Of a DNA stretch of 64,000 nt, positions 50,214 to 59,868 are shown in pieces. Each line of letters starts with the position of its first letter. The stretch's first letter is position 1. The notes under the pieces were generated by a model. That model was not told where the DNA came from. It did no database searches and saw only the letters and a list, made by a program, of their open reading frames with translations. Origin of the DNA: an uncultured Candidatus Saccharibacteria bacterium (GTDB taxonomy: Bacteria; Patescibacteriota; Saccharimonadia; Saccharimonadales; CAYUUR01); NCBI GenBank assembly GCA_964448075.1, contig CAYUUR010000002.1, positions 222,010 to 286,009 on the forward strand, read 5' to 3'. The position numbers and the translations under genes are program-made.

Positions 50214-50867
50214 TTACTCTGCCGCGTCGGCTGGTTCGTAGCCAAGGGAGTTTACCCAATCAAACACGGGCTGTTTGCTAACGCCGTACACTACTTCAAA
50301 GTGACCTGGTTCTAAGGCCGCTTCTAGTGCTTTTGTGATTAGTTGCCCTAAGTCTCGATGGCTCATCCACCTTGAAGGTGTGTCTGGCCGTGGCTTGTCT
50401 TCAGGGTTCACATTACCGATTCGTAGGCAAATAACGCGTAGGCTATATTCTTCTGCAAACTGTTTGCCGCGGGCTTCCATATGTTGTTTTTCCTCACCGT
50501 ACGCGTTGTTAGGGGTTTCCGGTTTGCCCGTGTATCTTATTCTGTCATCTGCTTCTCGCTCATCATGTTTGCGAGCGTGGTTAGAGCTGCCCATGATTAT
50601 CATGCCAATGTTGTTCTCAATCGCAGCAGCGTAGGCATTCTCGTACATAGTTCTATTGGCAGGATCGACGTTGCTTACATCGAGATCTTTCCATGCCAAG
50701 TGAATAAGTGCATCATACCCACGAGTGGCATCTGTGAGATCCTCAAGGTTAGTAGCATCGTGTTCTGGTAGGTCTAGTTGGCTGATTTCAAACTTTGCTG
50801 GGTCCAGCTGCGCGATAAGTGCCTGCGCAACTTTGCCCTTAGCGCCTGTAATTGCAATCTTCATCAC
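50214..50867 (-). CDS. NAD(P)-binding Rossmann-fold protein (short SDR/epimerase-like)
   Basis: KIAITGAKGKVAQ glycine-rich loop; 217 aa. Confidence 0.6.
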   Translation of the reverse strand: MMKIAITGAKGKVAQALIAQLDPAKFEISQLDLPEHDATNLEDLTDATRGYDALIHLAWKDLDVSNVDPANRTMYENAYAAAIENNIGMIIMGSSNHARKHDEREADDRIRYTGKPETPNNAYGEEKQHMEARGKQFAEEYSLRVICLRIGNVNPEDKPRPDTPSRWMSHRDLGQLITKALEAALEPGHFEVVYGVSKQPVFDWVNSLGYEPADAAE

Positions 50868-50881
50868 CTCAGTGTATCAAA

Positions 50882-51463
50882 CTAGCTTTTTATTGAGATT
50901 CCGCTCATGTCAAGTAGTTTGTATGTACCGTCAACAGCTTCAATGATAGCGTACGCACAGTCACTTACACCTATCTCTCCAAGCTGTAGAATGTCTCTAA
51001 AAATGAGACGGATGGGGCCGCCATGAGTTACGACGGCAATGGTTTCAAAATCCTGGCTGCTCACGTCATCAAGGGCGTCTGTGATTCTACGTTGAAAGTC
51101 TGGGTACTCCTCGGCACCTTGGACGGCGGCGTGCACGTCTTTCAGGATTTCCACTTGATCAGGATGCTTTTGGGCGGCTTCATCCTTAGTTAATCCGGTG
51201 AGAATGCCATACCCATTACGTTCTTTAAATGTCGGAAGTATCTCGATCTCGAGCCCTGCCTGTTTGGCAACCATCGTTGCTGTTTCTTGTGCTCTAGCAA
51301 GTGGACTGGCATAGAGTTTTTCAATTTGTTTCGTGCCTAGCTGTGCAGCGAGTATCTCAGATTGTTGTCGGCCTCGATCAGTAAGGTGATCGTCGTAGTC
51401 GCCACCGTAACGGTTTTCGATGTCGCCGGTAGTTTCTCCATGGCGTGCCAAGTAATTAATCAT
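50882..51463 (-). CDS. histidine phosphatase family protein (phosphoglycerate-mutase-like)
   Basis: An RHGET catalytic motif at the N-terminus and VTHGGPIR later in the sequence. A TGATATACT box lies 7 nt upstream of the ATG. Confidence 0.8.
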   Translation of the reverse strand: MINYLARHGETTGDIENRYGGDYDDHLTDRGRQQSEILAAQLGTKQIEKLYASPLARAQETATMVAKQAGLEIEILPTFKERNGYGILTGLTKDEAAQKHPDQVEILKDVHAAVQGAEEYPDFQRRITDALDDVSSQDFETIAVVTHGGPIRLIFRDILQLGEIGVSDCAYAIIEAVDGTYKLLDMSGISIKS

Positions 51464-51501
51464 TCTCAGAGTATATCAAACTACAGTGAGAGTAGGGCAA
51501 T

Positions 51502-51616
51502 GCACATCTGCAGCCGTGCTCGGAGTAAGCTCCTGTGCGCGACTTTGATGACCGAACCTCCGACTTTCATCTGCTGAAACAGCTGAGTCGGAGAACCGAG
51601 CCTAACTCACGTCCAA
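51502..51616. ncRNA. structured element S, copy 2
   Basis: See 41509-41624. It lies between the terminator of tRNA-fMet and the promoter of the histidine phosphatase gene. Confidence 0.45.
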
Positions 51617-51652
51617 GAAAAAAGACCTGTCACAAGGACAAGTCTCTTTTCT
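51617..51652. terminator. bidirectional terminator after tRNA-fMet
   Basis: AAAAAAGACCTGTC-ACAAG-GACAAGTCTCTTTTCTT. The internal C.A mismatch on + becomes a G.U pair on -, which fits termination of the - strand tRNA. Confidence 0.65.
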
Positions 51653-51727
51653 TGGTAGCGGGAGCAGGACTCGAACCTGCGACCTCGTGGTTATGAGCCA
51701 CGCGAGCTGCCACTGCTCCATCCCGCG
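51653..51727 (-). tRNA. tRNA-Met (CAU), probable initiator
   Basis: CGCGGGA TG GAGC AGTGGCA GCTC G CGTGG CTCATAA CCACG AGGTC GCAGG TTCGAGT CCTGC TCCCGCT A CCA. It has an unpaired 1:72 (C.U) and A11:U24, both initiator hallmarks. Only 2 of the 3 usual G-C pairs in the anticodon stem are present. Confidence 0.8.
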
Positions 51728-51905
51728 TTATCAAAACTAACTCAAGGAGCTAAAGCATAGTATCAAACAGAGGTAATCCAGTCAAGGACATAATACATAA
51801 GCTTTATAGTTGACATATAAGCAAAAGCGTGATAGTATATGAGTGTTGTCATGACAAAACAAACAACCAACCAATAAAAGCATTATAGAAAGGGCACCTC
51901 TAACA

Positions 51906-51986
51906 ATGCAACAACTATCATACGAATTTAGCGCAACTGATAACGAGAAGATTCTCGAAGTCGATCAAATGATTCGCGAACTCTGA
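51906..51986 (+). CDS. candidate 26-aa peptide MQQLSYEFSATDNEKILEVDQMIREL
   Basis: An ATTATAG box lies upstream, and a 10-bp hairpin (AGAAAGAGCC..GGCTCTTTCT) lies downstream at 52006-52045. Very speculative. Confidence 0.2.
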   Translation: MQQLSYEFSATDNEKILEVDQMIREL

Positions 51987-52224
51987 TTCGCACCCGCACA
52001 ACAATAAAGAAAGAGCCTTACAATCTCACGAGAGGGCTCTTTCTTAATTTACTGGTATATGGTATATTCACATCTGTTCTTTAAGGCAAAACCAAAAGGT
52101 CAAACCAAGCAATTTATTGCTGTTTGGACTTTTGTAAGGAAACGTAGTGATAAGCTAGCGAGTCCGAAGCAGCAAACTTGTTTTGTGCTTGGGGCTTGCT
52201 AGCTTCCTCAACTAACGTTGACGT

Positions 52225-52301
52225 GGCGGCGTAGCTCAGCTGGTTAGAGCGCAGGACTCATAAGCCTGAGGTCAGTGGTTCAAGCCCACTCGCCGCTACC
52301 A
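52225..52301 (+). tRNA. tRNA-Met (CAU), elongator type
   Basis: GGCGGCG TA GCTC AGCTGGTTA GAGC G CAGGA CTCATAA GCCTG AGGTC AGTGG TTCAAGC CCACT CGCCGCT A CCA. Y11:R24 indicates an elongator, and the D arm resembles E. coli metT. Confidence 0.8.
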
Positions 52302-52368
52302 CTTACATCACCCCTGATATTGCAGGGGCGTTGTTTTTTTAAAGCAAAGATGGTATAAACTGATTACT

Positions 52369-52926
52369 ATGTTGAATGTTATTCGTCATGAAGGTAGAGA
52401 GGTCATGTTTGGCTACGGTTTTAACGAAGCCAATGACTTTGGGATTTATTTTCCAGAGCAAGTTAATGCTGAGGATGTGGCGGAGTTTGCGAGAGCGCAA
52501 AGTGATTTAGTTGCCGATGTTGAACTAGTAGAGCCAGTTCAGCTACTCCCCCGTATGTTTGATCCCCGACTGGCACATTTAAATAAAGGTAAAGAACAGG
52601 CGGCACGAGTTGAATTGTTGGACAGGTGTCGGCATTTTGAATTACCTGAAAGACTAGAACAAGAGTTTGACCCTGTAGCTAAGCCATGGCAGGCGAATTA
52701 CGCAGGCACCTTAACCGGTGACCCGAACACACCTTTGTACGTAGTAGTTGAAGGCGATAGAGAAGATCTGCGTAGCTTCTTGAGCGAAACAGATGAGATA
52801 CGCCTTGGCGCGCTTGCGGTAATCGATCAGTTAAGTTTTTCGATTGAATCTCCAGATGCGACTAAGGTTGCCAGAGAGCTTCCTCGCCAATACACTGCTA
52901 GTCTTTCCCCGTGGCTAGAACCATAA
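52369..52926 (+). CDS. hypothetical protein
   Basis: 185-aa ORF. A TGGTATAAA box lies 9 nt upstream. Confidence 0.5.
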   Translation: MLNVIRHEGREVMFGYGFNEANDFGIYFPEQVNAEDVAEFARAQSDLVADVELVEPVQLLPRMFDPRLAHLNKGKEQAARVELLDRCRHFELPERLEQEFDPVAKPWQANYAGTLTGDPNTPLYVVVEGDREDLRSFLSETDEIRLGALAVIDQLSFSIESPDATKVARELPRQYTASLSPWLEP

Positions 52927-53245
52927 ATTAGGTTCTGACCTGTTTGTTCACAGAAGCTTCGGCTTAAACTCCTGGTAATCACTAACTGTCTGTCATATGG
53001 TGATGAGTTCTGACTTGACCACTCACCACGGGTGGTTTTTTGCTAGCTGGCATCAGTAAACTGTGGAAAAGTTGTGGAAGAATCTTGTTTACGAAGCTTC
53101 TGCATAAGCGATATACTATAGTCCCAGCCCGCGAGGGTTGGTAAATAAACAAAATCGCAAAAATAAGCACCCCAGCGATTGCCGGGGTGTTTTTTTCATC
53201 ATACGTTTGCAATAACAAGAACACATGCTATAATTAAATTCTAGT

Positions 53246-54076
53246 ATGTCAATTACAGCTACTAGAACTCCAGAACAACAATCGCCATCTACCGGCGATA
53301 TTTTTTTGCCCGAAGACAAGCTGCGGGAGGCGCAGTGGGCGCTTGACCGATACCAAACCATTGGCGTCACCGCGACTATGGCAGAGGTAGAACTTGCTCC
53401 ATACGTTAATGACATAGATACCATTGCCGAGAACCATCAGTCGGTACGCAGTTATGTGAGTAAGGTTGGCGCTCCATATTCCAAGCGTCGTGAAGAAATA
53501 TTTGTAAGGCTAGCAAGTATCTATGCAGCAGGACTCCCCGAGTCAGAGTTTGTTGTAGCACGCAAAGCAGCAAAAGATAAGTTACAAGCAATGTATGCCG
53601 GCAAGGAAGTAACTGCTTCAAGTAATGCAAGAAATCGGCAACAAGTTATCGGTATTGCTTGTCTGATGCATTGGCTTGACCCGTCGATCCCGAGTTGGGA
53701 AATTGAAAAACCAGAAATTCCCAATGACCTACGCGATTCGGTCGTTCGTTTGCAAAACATCAAGCACGATGCAGCGTTAGAGCAAGATATTGGTGGTCAC
53801 ATCCAGAGTCTGGCGGGAAAGATTCAATATGAGATAGCGGTAAGGACTGAGCAGTGGGGATTTGCTGGCTGGATAATCAACGGAAGACACTATCAGTTAG
53901 AACACTACCCGCTAGATAACACGCCATATTTGAGCTGTCTTGATGAAAAAGACGGAGCACGAGTGCACTTCTCTGTGGCTGGTTTGTTTGCGGACGCCAA
54001 CAACCGCAACGCTACAGTGCCGGACAGTCAGCGGTTTTTAGAAGATTGCATCACTGCTAGTACACAGCTTAGATGA
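53246..54076 (+). CDS. hypothetical protein
   Basis: 276-aa ORF. A TGCTATAAT box lies 11 nt upstream. Confidence 0.5.
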   Translation: MSITATRTPEQQSPSTGDIFLPEDKLREAQWALDRYQTIGVTATMAEVELAPYVNDIDTIAENHQSVRSYVSKVGAPYSKRREEIFVRLASIYAAGLPESEFVVARKAAKDKLQAMYAGKEVTASSNARNRQQVIGIACLMHWLDPSIPSWEIEKPEIPNDLRDSVVRLQNIKHDAALEQDIGGHIQSLAGKIQYEIAVRTEQWGFAGWIINGRHYQLEHYPLDNTPYLSCLDEKDGARVHFSVAGLFADANNRNATVPDSQRFLEDCITASTQLR

Positions 54077-54587
54077 GTTCTATGAGCTCTGCGTTACTAA
54101 TGCGCACATAGCGGTGCATTGGGAAATCACTGAGAGTAAGGCTACGGATGGCACGGCCAAAACCACCATGACTAACGATTAGGATGGTATCGGCGTCAAT
54201 TGTCTTGAGCCATTTGAGTGCCAGGTGAGCCCGTTCTATTAGTGTGTCATCGGTTTCAATATCTGAGAATCCATCCAAGTTGAGGTCTGGCGCCCACGGC
54301 TTGCCTTCGAGTTCACCGTAGTGTCTCTCAATCAAGAGTTGATTGGTGTGAATTTTTTCTGGATCGTAGCCAATCTCTTTTGCGACAATTTTGGCCGTTT
54401 CATGCGCTCGGGATAGTGGCGATGCGGCAATAAAGTCAACCTTGATGTCGTTTGCACGCATCATTTGGCCGGTTGCTTTTGCCTGAGCACGACCTTCGTC
54501 AGTCAGCGGGGTGTTAGTACTACCTGCGAGTTTGCCCTGGACATTGAAGACACTTTGTCCGTGACGTATGAAGTATAGTTTTTTCAT
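54069..54587 (-). CDS. histidine phosphatase family protein
   Basis: FIRHGQSVFN (RHG motif) and VSHGGFGR; 172 aa. Confidence 0.8.
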   Translation of the reverse strand: MKKLYFIRHGQSVFNVQGKLAGSTNTPLTDEGRAQAKATGQMMRANDIKVDFIAASPLSRAHETAKIVAKEIGYDPEKIHTNQLLIERHYGELEGKPWAPDLNLDGFSDIETDDTLIERAHLALKWLKTIDADTILIVSHGGFGRAIRSLTLSDFPMHRYVRISNAELIELI

Positions 54588-54605
54588 TGCTGGTAGAATT
54601 ATAAG

Positions 54606-55499
54606 ATGAAAATTGCTCGTTTGCCAAAAGGTCGCTACGTCGTGGCTGTTTCTGGGGGTGTTGATTCGGTTGTATTGCTTGATCTTTTGCGACGGCAGCC
54701 CCAGCTAGAACTCATAGTAGCTCACTTTAACCATGGCATACGTGCTGACGCTGATGTAGACGAAATTCTCGTCTCCAAACTGGCTACTGATTATAATCTT
54801 ACGTTTGTAAGTGAACGTGGCCAGCTGGGGATTGATGCAAGTGAATCAGCGGCCCGCACGGCACGATACCGTTTTTTGCACCATATCAAAGAATCAAACA
54901 AAGCTCGGGCGATAATTACGGCGCACCACGAAGACGATATGCTCGAAACAGCAATCATTAACGTCTTGCGCGGGACTGGTCGGCGCGGTCTGAGTGCGCT
55001 TGGTTCAAATGAGGTACTGATCCGTCCACTACTCCACGTTCATAAAAAGGCTATTTATGACTACGCCGAGAAACAAAAACTAACCTGGCACGAAGACAGC
55101 ACTAATCAAGACGAGAAGTATCTACGCAACTATGTCCGCCAGAGCATTCTGGCCAAGTTTAGCCAAGAACAAAGGGAGCAATTATTGGAGATTGTACAAA
55201 AGGCCCGACAGCTCAACACGGCGATTGATGAGATACTGCACAAAGACTTCCATATTGATGTTAATGCTGACGCCATTAGTAGGCACTGGTTCATTATGCT
55301 GTCTCATACGGTCGCAAAGGAATTTATGCTCAGTTGGCTTCGTAAGCAAAACGTCACGTTGCAACTTGACCGAAAAACGCTTGAGTACGTGGTGCAGCAA
55401 GCCAAGACGCTCTCACCCGGGCAGGAAATCACTGTTAACAAGGAATGGAAGATAAATATCAGCAAAGAAGGATTAGCACTCGCGCGGCGAGACCGCTAG
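54606..55499 (+). CDS. tilS: tRNA(Ile)-lysidine synthase
   Basis: VAVSGGVDSVVLLDLL PP-loop, AHFNHGIR and HHEDD motifs. A TGGTAGAAT box lies 6 nt upstream of the ATG. Confidence 0.85.
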   Translation: MKIARLPKGRYVVAVSGGVDSVVLLDLLRRQPQLELIVAHFNHGIRADADVDEILVSKLATDYNLTFVSERGQLGIDASESAARTARYRFLHHIKESNKARAIITAHHEDDMLETAIINVLRGTGRRGLSALGSNEVLIRPLLHVHKKAIYDYAEKQKLTWHEDSTNQDEKYLRNYVRQSILAKFSQEQREQLLEIVQKARQLNTAIDEILHKDFHIDVNADAISRHWFIMLSHTVAKEFMLSWLRKQNVTLQLDRKTLEYVVQQAKTLSPGQEITVNKEWKINISKEGLALARRDR

Positions 55500-55535
55500 C
55501 ATTCTAGTCAACCACTCTGTATAATAGGTGCCTGT

Positions 55536-57407
55536 ATGGATAAAAAACCCTTCAAGAACAAGAAGAAGCTTACCGGTGGGGACAAGAAAAAAGGTATCAA
55601 GAATGTCATCTTTGCCTTCATGCTGTTATTTGTGGGCCTGCTGATACTAGCGGCAACAAATCAGCCAAGTAAACTTGAATCAGTACCAATCAACGAAGTT
55701 ATTAACCGAGCTAACAATGGTGAAATAAAGCAAATCACTGTTCAAGGCAATGAACTGACGATTACTAAGCAAGGTGAAGATCAACCGAGCCAAGAATCTC
55801 GCAAAGAAGCGGGCTCAAGTATTTACGAACAAGGGCTAGAAAACCGAGATGTAAAAGTTCTGATAGAGCCAGCGTCAGACAGCGGATCAACCTGGACAAA
55901 CCTAGGCATTTCACTCCTCCCGGTGTTGCTCATTGGTCTGATCTTGTTCTTTATGCTGCGTAGTGCACAGGGTCAGGGCAACCAAGCAATGAGCTTTGGT
56001 AAGAGCAAGGCGCGTCTATATGGCAATGAAAAGTCAAAAGTCATGTTCAAAGATATTGCCGGGAGCGAAGAAGCCAAACAAGATCTTGAGGAAGTAGTTG
56101 AATTCCTCAAATTCCCGAAGAAGTTTGAGTCAGTTGGCGCCAAGATACCAAAAGGCGTACTGCTCGTTGGCCCTCCAGGTACCGGAAAAACAATGATCTC
56201 ACGGGCAGTAGCTGGGGAAGCGAATGTACCGTTCTTTAGTATCTCCGGTTCAGAATTTGTGGAGATGTTTGTCGGTGTAGGTGCATCGCGCGTGCGTGAC
56301 TTGTTTGCCAAGGCCAAAAAGAATGCACCGTGCATTATTTTCATTGACGAGATCGATGCAGTCGGCCGTCGTCGTGGTAGTGGAATGGGTGGCGGACACG
56401 ATGAACGCGAACAAACACTGAACCAGATTCTGGTTGAGATGGACGGATTCGAACAAGGGCAGAACGTTATTGTTCTCGCTGCAACTAACCGAGCAGATGT
56501 ACTCGACCCTGCTCTGTTGCGTCCGGGCAGATTTGACCGTCGAGTCGCTGTAGGGCTGCCTGATCGCAAGGATCGGGAAGCAATTCTGAAAGTGCACTTC
56601 GAGAAAAAACCTTTGGCTAAGAATGTTGATCTTGATGCTTTGGCAGCCAAAACCGCCGGTTCGTCAGGTGCTGATCTTGCTAACATTGCTAACGAAGCAG
56701 CCATTACGGCCGCGCGCCATAACCGCAAAGAAATTACCCAGTCAGATCTGACTGCTGCGTTTGAAAAAGTTGCCATTGGTCCAGAGCGTAAGAGCAAGGT
56801 AATGAGCGAAAAGGAAAAAGAACTTACGGCCTATCATGAGGCTGGTCATGCAATTGTTGGTCACGTTCTGCCTGACAGCGACATGGTGCATAAAGTTACG
56901 ATTATTCCGCGCGGTGGAACCGGTGGAGTCACCTGGTTTATACCGCCCGAGGACAAGAGTTATCATTCGATTGTTGAGTTCAAAGACGTACTGGCACGTA
57001 TGCTCGGCGGTCGTATTGCTGAAGAAGTCATGTACGGTAAAGACCATGTAACGACAGGTGCAGGTAATGATCTGCAGAAAGCTGCAGAACTTGCCCGTGA
57101 TATGATTGTAAATCAAGGCATGGGCAAAAAGCTGCGCGACCAAGTCTTCCATGTAGAAGAAGGCATCATGATGGAACGAGTTATGCACGAACGACAGTAT
57201 TCTGACGAAACAGCTAAGGTTATTGACGATGAAGTCGAAGCACTCATCAGCGAAGCAGCCGATCGTGCCCGTAAAGTTATACGTGCCAACAAGACGAAGC
57301 TTGAAGAACTTAAAGTAGCTTTGATCGAGAAAGAAACAGTCGAAGCCGAAGAAGTGCTCGAGATCCTTAAAGGCAGCAAAATGCCCGCCGATGCCGCCCT
57401 GTACTAG
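55536..57407 (+). CDS. ftsH: ATP-dependent zinc metalloprotease FtsH
   Basis: Two N-terminal TM helices, an AAA+ module with Walker A GPPGTGKT and Walker [12 protein letters not shown], and the HEAGH zinc site. Confidence 0.95.
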   Translation: MDKKPFKNKKKLTGGDKKKGIKNVIFAFMLLFVGLLILAATNQPSKLESVPINEVINRANNGEIKQITVQGNELTITKQGEDQPSQESRKEAGSSIYEQGLENRDVKVLIEPASDSGSTWTNLGISLLPVLLIGLILFFMLRSAQGQGNQAMSFGKSKARLYGNEKSKVMFKDIAGSEEAKQDLEEVVEFLKFPKKFESVGAKIPKGVLLVGPPGTGKTMISRAVAGEANVPFFSISGSEFVEMFVGVGASRVRDLFAKAKKNAPCIIFIDEIDAVGRRRGSGMGGGHDEREQTLNQILVEMDGFEQGQNVIVLAATNRADVLDPALLRPGRFDRRVAVGLPDRKDREAILKVHFEKKPLAKNVDLDALAAKTAGSSGADLANIANEAAITAARHNRKEITQSDLTAAFEKVAIGPERKSKVMSEKEKELTAYHEAGHAIVGHVLPDSDMVHKVTIIPRGGTGGVTWFIPPEDKSYHSIVEFKDVLARMLGGRIAEEVMYGKDHVTTGAGNDLQKAAELARDMIVNQGMGKKLRDQVFHVEEGIMMERVMHERQYSDETAKVIDDEVEALISEAADRARKVIRANKTKLEELKVALIEKETVEAEEVLEILKGSKMPADAALY

Positions 57408-57969
57408 CCTACAGTAAAGCAAACTCCATCATGCCAGCTAAAGCTGACGTTCATCTCCTTTTGGACCGCCAAAAGGAGCAAAAGCTCCCGGCAGCCTCCT
57501 CCCTTGACTGGTCTATTGCTGAAATTGACAATGGCCAGGCCAACTCACCGCAGTAAACTGCGGCTCAAACACGACCTGTCCTTGTATTGCTCAATTTCAC
57601 AATATCCCAATCAGGGCAGAAGACTCTATGCCGGCAACCCCGCCCGGACGTCCATAGCCGCCACTGACGTCCGGGTATGGGCGGGCATGTCCAGGAGTCC
57701 TGAGTAGATGTAGTAAAACGGGCTGGCCCTTGGGGTTCCTTCGGGTGTTTGAGGGAGTTAATATGTCATGTGGCATATTAACGAGTGAGTTACGAAGGCA
57801 AAGCCCGCTTTTACTACAGATACATCACGACTACAGGACGGCCCGAGGGTTTTGGCTACTTTTGCTATTCAAAAGTAGTGAAGGATTTGATTCTTTGAAA
57901 AAGAACGGTGAGGTTGCTCACCCCATAGCGCTCATGCTAAACTACCCCTAATAACAAGAGAGCGTTATT
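57408..57969 (+). ncRNA. large structured non-coding element, copy B
   Basis: 562 nt between ftsH and propeller operon B, collinear with 21178-21863 apart from two A-specific insertions. Confidence 0.55.
57935..57943 (+). promoter_or_regulatory. extended -10 box (TGCTAAACT) of propeller operon B
   Basis: Identical to 21829-21837 and 26 nt upstream of the TTG start. Confidence 0.45.
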
Positions 57970-59868
57970 TTGGGCACTAAAGCACTGCTAACACATACAA
58001 AAACCACACTAACGATTCTAGCTCTAACTGCTAGCCTATTGCTCTCTGTCATTAGTCCTTTACGAGCCAGTGCTGCGATACAAAGCGCGCCGATTTCAGG
58101 TTTCCCACAAACAAATACAAATGGGGCAGTCTACGCTATCGCTGAAGGTTCAGATGGTTCGGTATATGTGGGAGGTCAGTTTACGACAATCGGTGGGGTG
58201 AGCAGGAATGACGTGGCTCGTATTTTATCAGACGGCAGTGTCGACCCTGATTTTAATCCCAATGTAATTGACGGCAGCCATTACGAGGATATGACAGAGG
58301 TAAGGTCGCTAGCCTTTGATAATCAAGCAGGCACGCTCTATATTGGTGGGAATTTCGATACGATTAATGGTAATGTCGCACGGAACGGCCTCGCTGCCGT
58401 TGATGGGCAAACAGGAGTTGTCACGGGCTTTAATCCAAATATTATCTACGGAGATGCCCCTTTTGATTACGTTGGCACAGTAAACACCCTGGAAATCAAT
58501 CAAGATACCAATACCATATACGCGGGTGGTGCTTTCGGCTATGTGAATGGAGCCACCGAGCGCGTTGACTTAGCAGCATTTAGTATGAGTACCGGCACAG
58601 TAACAGGTTTCAATGCCGACATAAGCAACTTTGCATGTATCGAAAAAACAGTCTACGATCTCGATTATGATAGTACTGGCGGGCATCTCTACGTAGCAGG
58701 TCACTTTGGCACGTTTAGCGATACGGCGCGAGGCGGAATAGCGCGCGTTGATTCAGACACTGGGGCGCTTGATGAAGGCTACAATCCAGATATCTCATCT
58801 ACGGAACAACTATGCGCGTATGTATATTCCATTGAGCGATACGATAATGTGGTATATGCAGGTGGAATTTTTGACACAGTTAATGGTTCCGTATCACGTT
58901 CAAACGTTGCAGCTTTTGACACGACCGACGGCACCGTAACTGCGTTTGCACCCGAGCTCGTTATCGATGAGTACCCATTCGTACTCAAATATTTACCTGC
59001 AAGCGAAACATTGCTCATCGGAGGATCAATCTCTCAAGTTAATGGGGTTACAAGGAACGAGCTGGCGGAAGTAAAGGTAATTGACGGAAGTCTCACAGAC
59101 TTCAACCCAAATATTACGAGTAACGCAAATAGTGTCCATGCCCTGGAGTCTCACGCTGATGGTACGCTGTATGTAGGCGGTACCTTTTATCGAGTCGGGG
59201 GAGTCTCCCGCAACGGCCTCGCCGCCTTCCAAGACCCCGACCTAGATAACGACGGCACCCCCAACACAGAAGAACAAGCTGCCCCAAACAATGGTGACGC
59301 CAACAACGACTCTATCCCAGACTCCCAACAAGCTAACGTCACTTCCATCCTCAACACCGACTCTAATGAATACGTCACCATTGTTTCTCCTCCCGGCACC
59401 ACGCTCTCTACCGCCACAGCAGAAGCCGCCCCTAATGAAGATGGCTTCACTCATCTCTTTGGCCTCACTGGCTTCACTATCTCTGGTGTAACTCCCGGAG
59501 ACACCATAGCAGTATCACTCTTCTATCCCAACCCAGACAACCTCAATCCTGACTCGCTAACTCCTAAGAAATACTTCCCGAGTACTACCACGTACCAAAA
59601 CATAGAAGGCGCCACGCTCACTCATGAGATCATCAACTCTCAAGCTACTCTTATGCTCAATTACTCACTGACTGATGGCGGAGGCTATGACCTTGATGGT
59701 GTTGTAGACGGTAGCATTACTGACCCAGTATCGTTAGCGCTCGCCGACGTGGACAGTCAAGCGCTCGCCGACACCGGCAGTATGGTAATGAGCACGTATG
59801 TCTCAATATTGACGTTAGTGGGTGTAGGGGCGGTTCTATTGGTCTTCCAGAGAAGGAGGCGTGTATGA
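57970..59868 (+). CDS. LADTG-anchored surface protein, DUF5122/delta-60-type beta-propeller
   Basis: TTG start. The signal peptide is about 85% identical in nucleotides to that of 21864. The propeller body is divergent. The acidic and pre-anchor module is near-identical to 23061-23450. The C-terminus is LADTG + hydrophobic + QRRRRV. Confidence 0.85.
   Translation: MGTKALLTHTKTTLTILALTASLLLSVISPLRASAAIQSAPISGFPQTNTNGAVYAIAEGSDGSVYVGGQFTTIGGVSRNDVARILSDGSVDPDFNPNVIDGSHYEDMTEVRSLAFDNQAGTLYIGGNFDTINGNVARNGLAAVDGQTGVVTGFNPNIIYGDAPFDYVGTVNTLEINQDTNTIYAGGAFGYVNGATERVDLAAFSMSTGTVTGFNADISNFACIEKTVYDLDYDSTGGHLYVAGHFGTFSDTARGGIARVDSDTGALDEGYNPDISSTEQLCAYVYSIERYDNVVYAGGIFDTVNGSVSRSNVAAFDTTDGTVTAFAPELVIDEYPFVLKYLPASETLLIGGSISQVNGVTRNELAEVKVIDGSLTDFNPNITSNANSVHALESHADGTLYVGGTFYRVGGVSRNGLAAFQDPDLDNDGTPNTEEQAAPNNGDANNDSIPDSQQANVTSILNTDSNEYVTIVSPPGTTLSTATAEAAPNEDGFTHLFGLTGFTISGVTPGDTIAVSLFYPNPDNLNPDSLTPKKYFPSTTTYQNIEGATLTHEIINSQATLMLNYSLTDGGGYDLDGVVDGSITDPVSLALADVDSQALADTGSMVMSTYVSILTLVGVGAVLLVFQRRRRV

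Noticed and set aside
38100-51730. The pilin/adhesin-rich interval read as a tRNA-fMet-integrated genomic island or prophage.
   Set aside because: No integrase, transposase, phage or conjugation genes are present. The tRNA-like repeats are decayed and do not form clean attL/attR pairs. I keep this only as a low-weight alternative under the pseudo-tRNA findings.
55973-56797. Long antisense ORFs inside well-supported genes: 55973..56797 and 56742..57422 in ftsH, 42893..43531 in the MFS gene, 13899..14573 in mscS, 32810..33541 in the beta-helix gene, 10123..10680, 22856..23353 and 59717..60145.
   Set aside because: They are low-complexity, Ser/Arg/Pro-rich mirror frames of strongly supported genes. 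They have no start signals, which is typical of shadow ORFs.
57504-57951. The ORF-track ORFs 57504..57707 (67 aa) and 57730..57951 (73 aa), read as real genes upstream of propeller operon B.
   Set aside because: The homologous region at 21178-21863 has no ORF of 60 aa or more. Indels between the copies break the frames. The substitutions are compensatory within hairpins. I treat the region as non-coding structured sequence.
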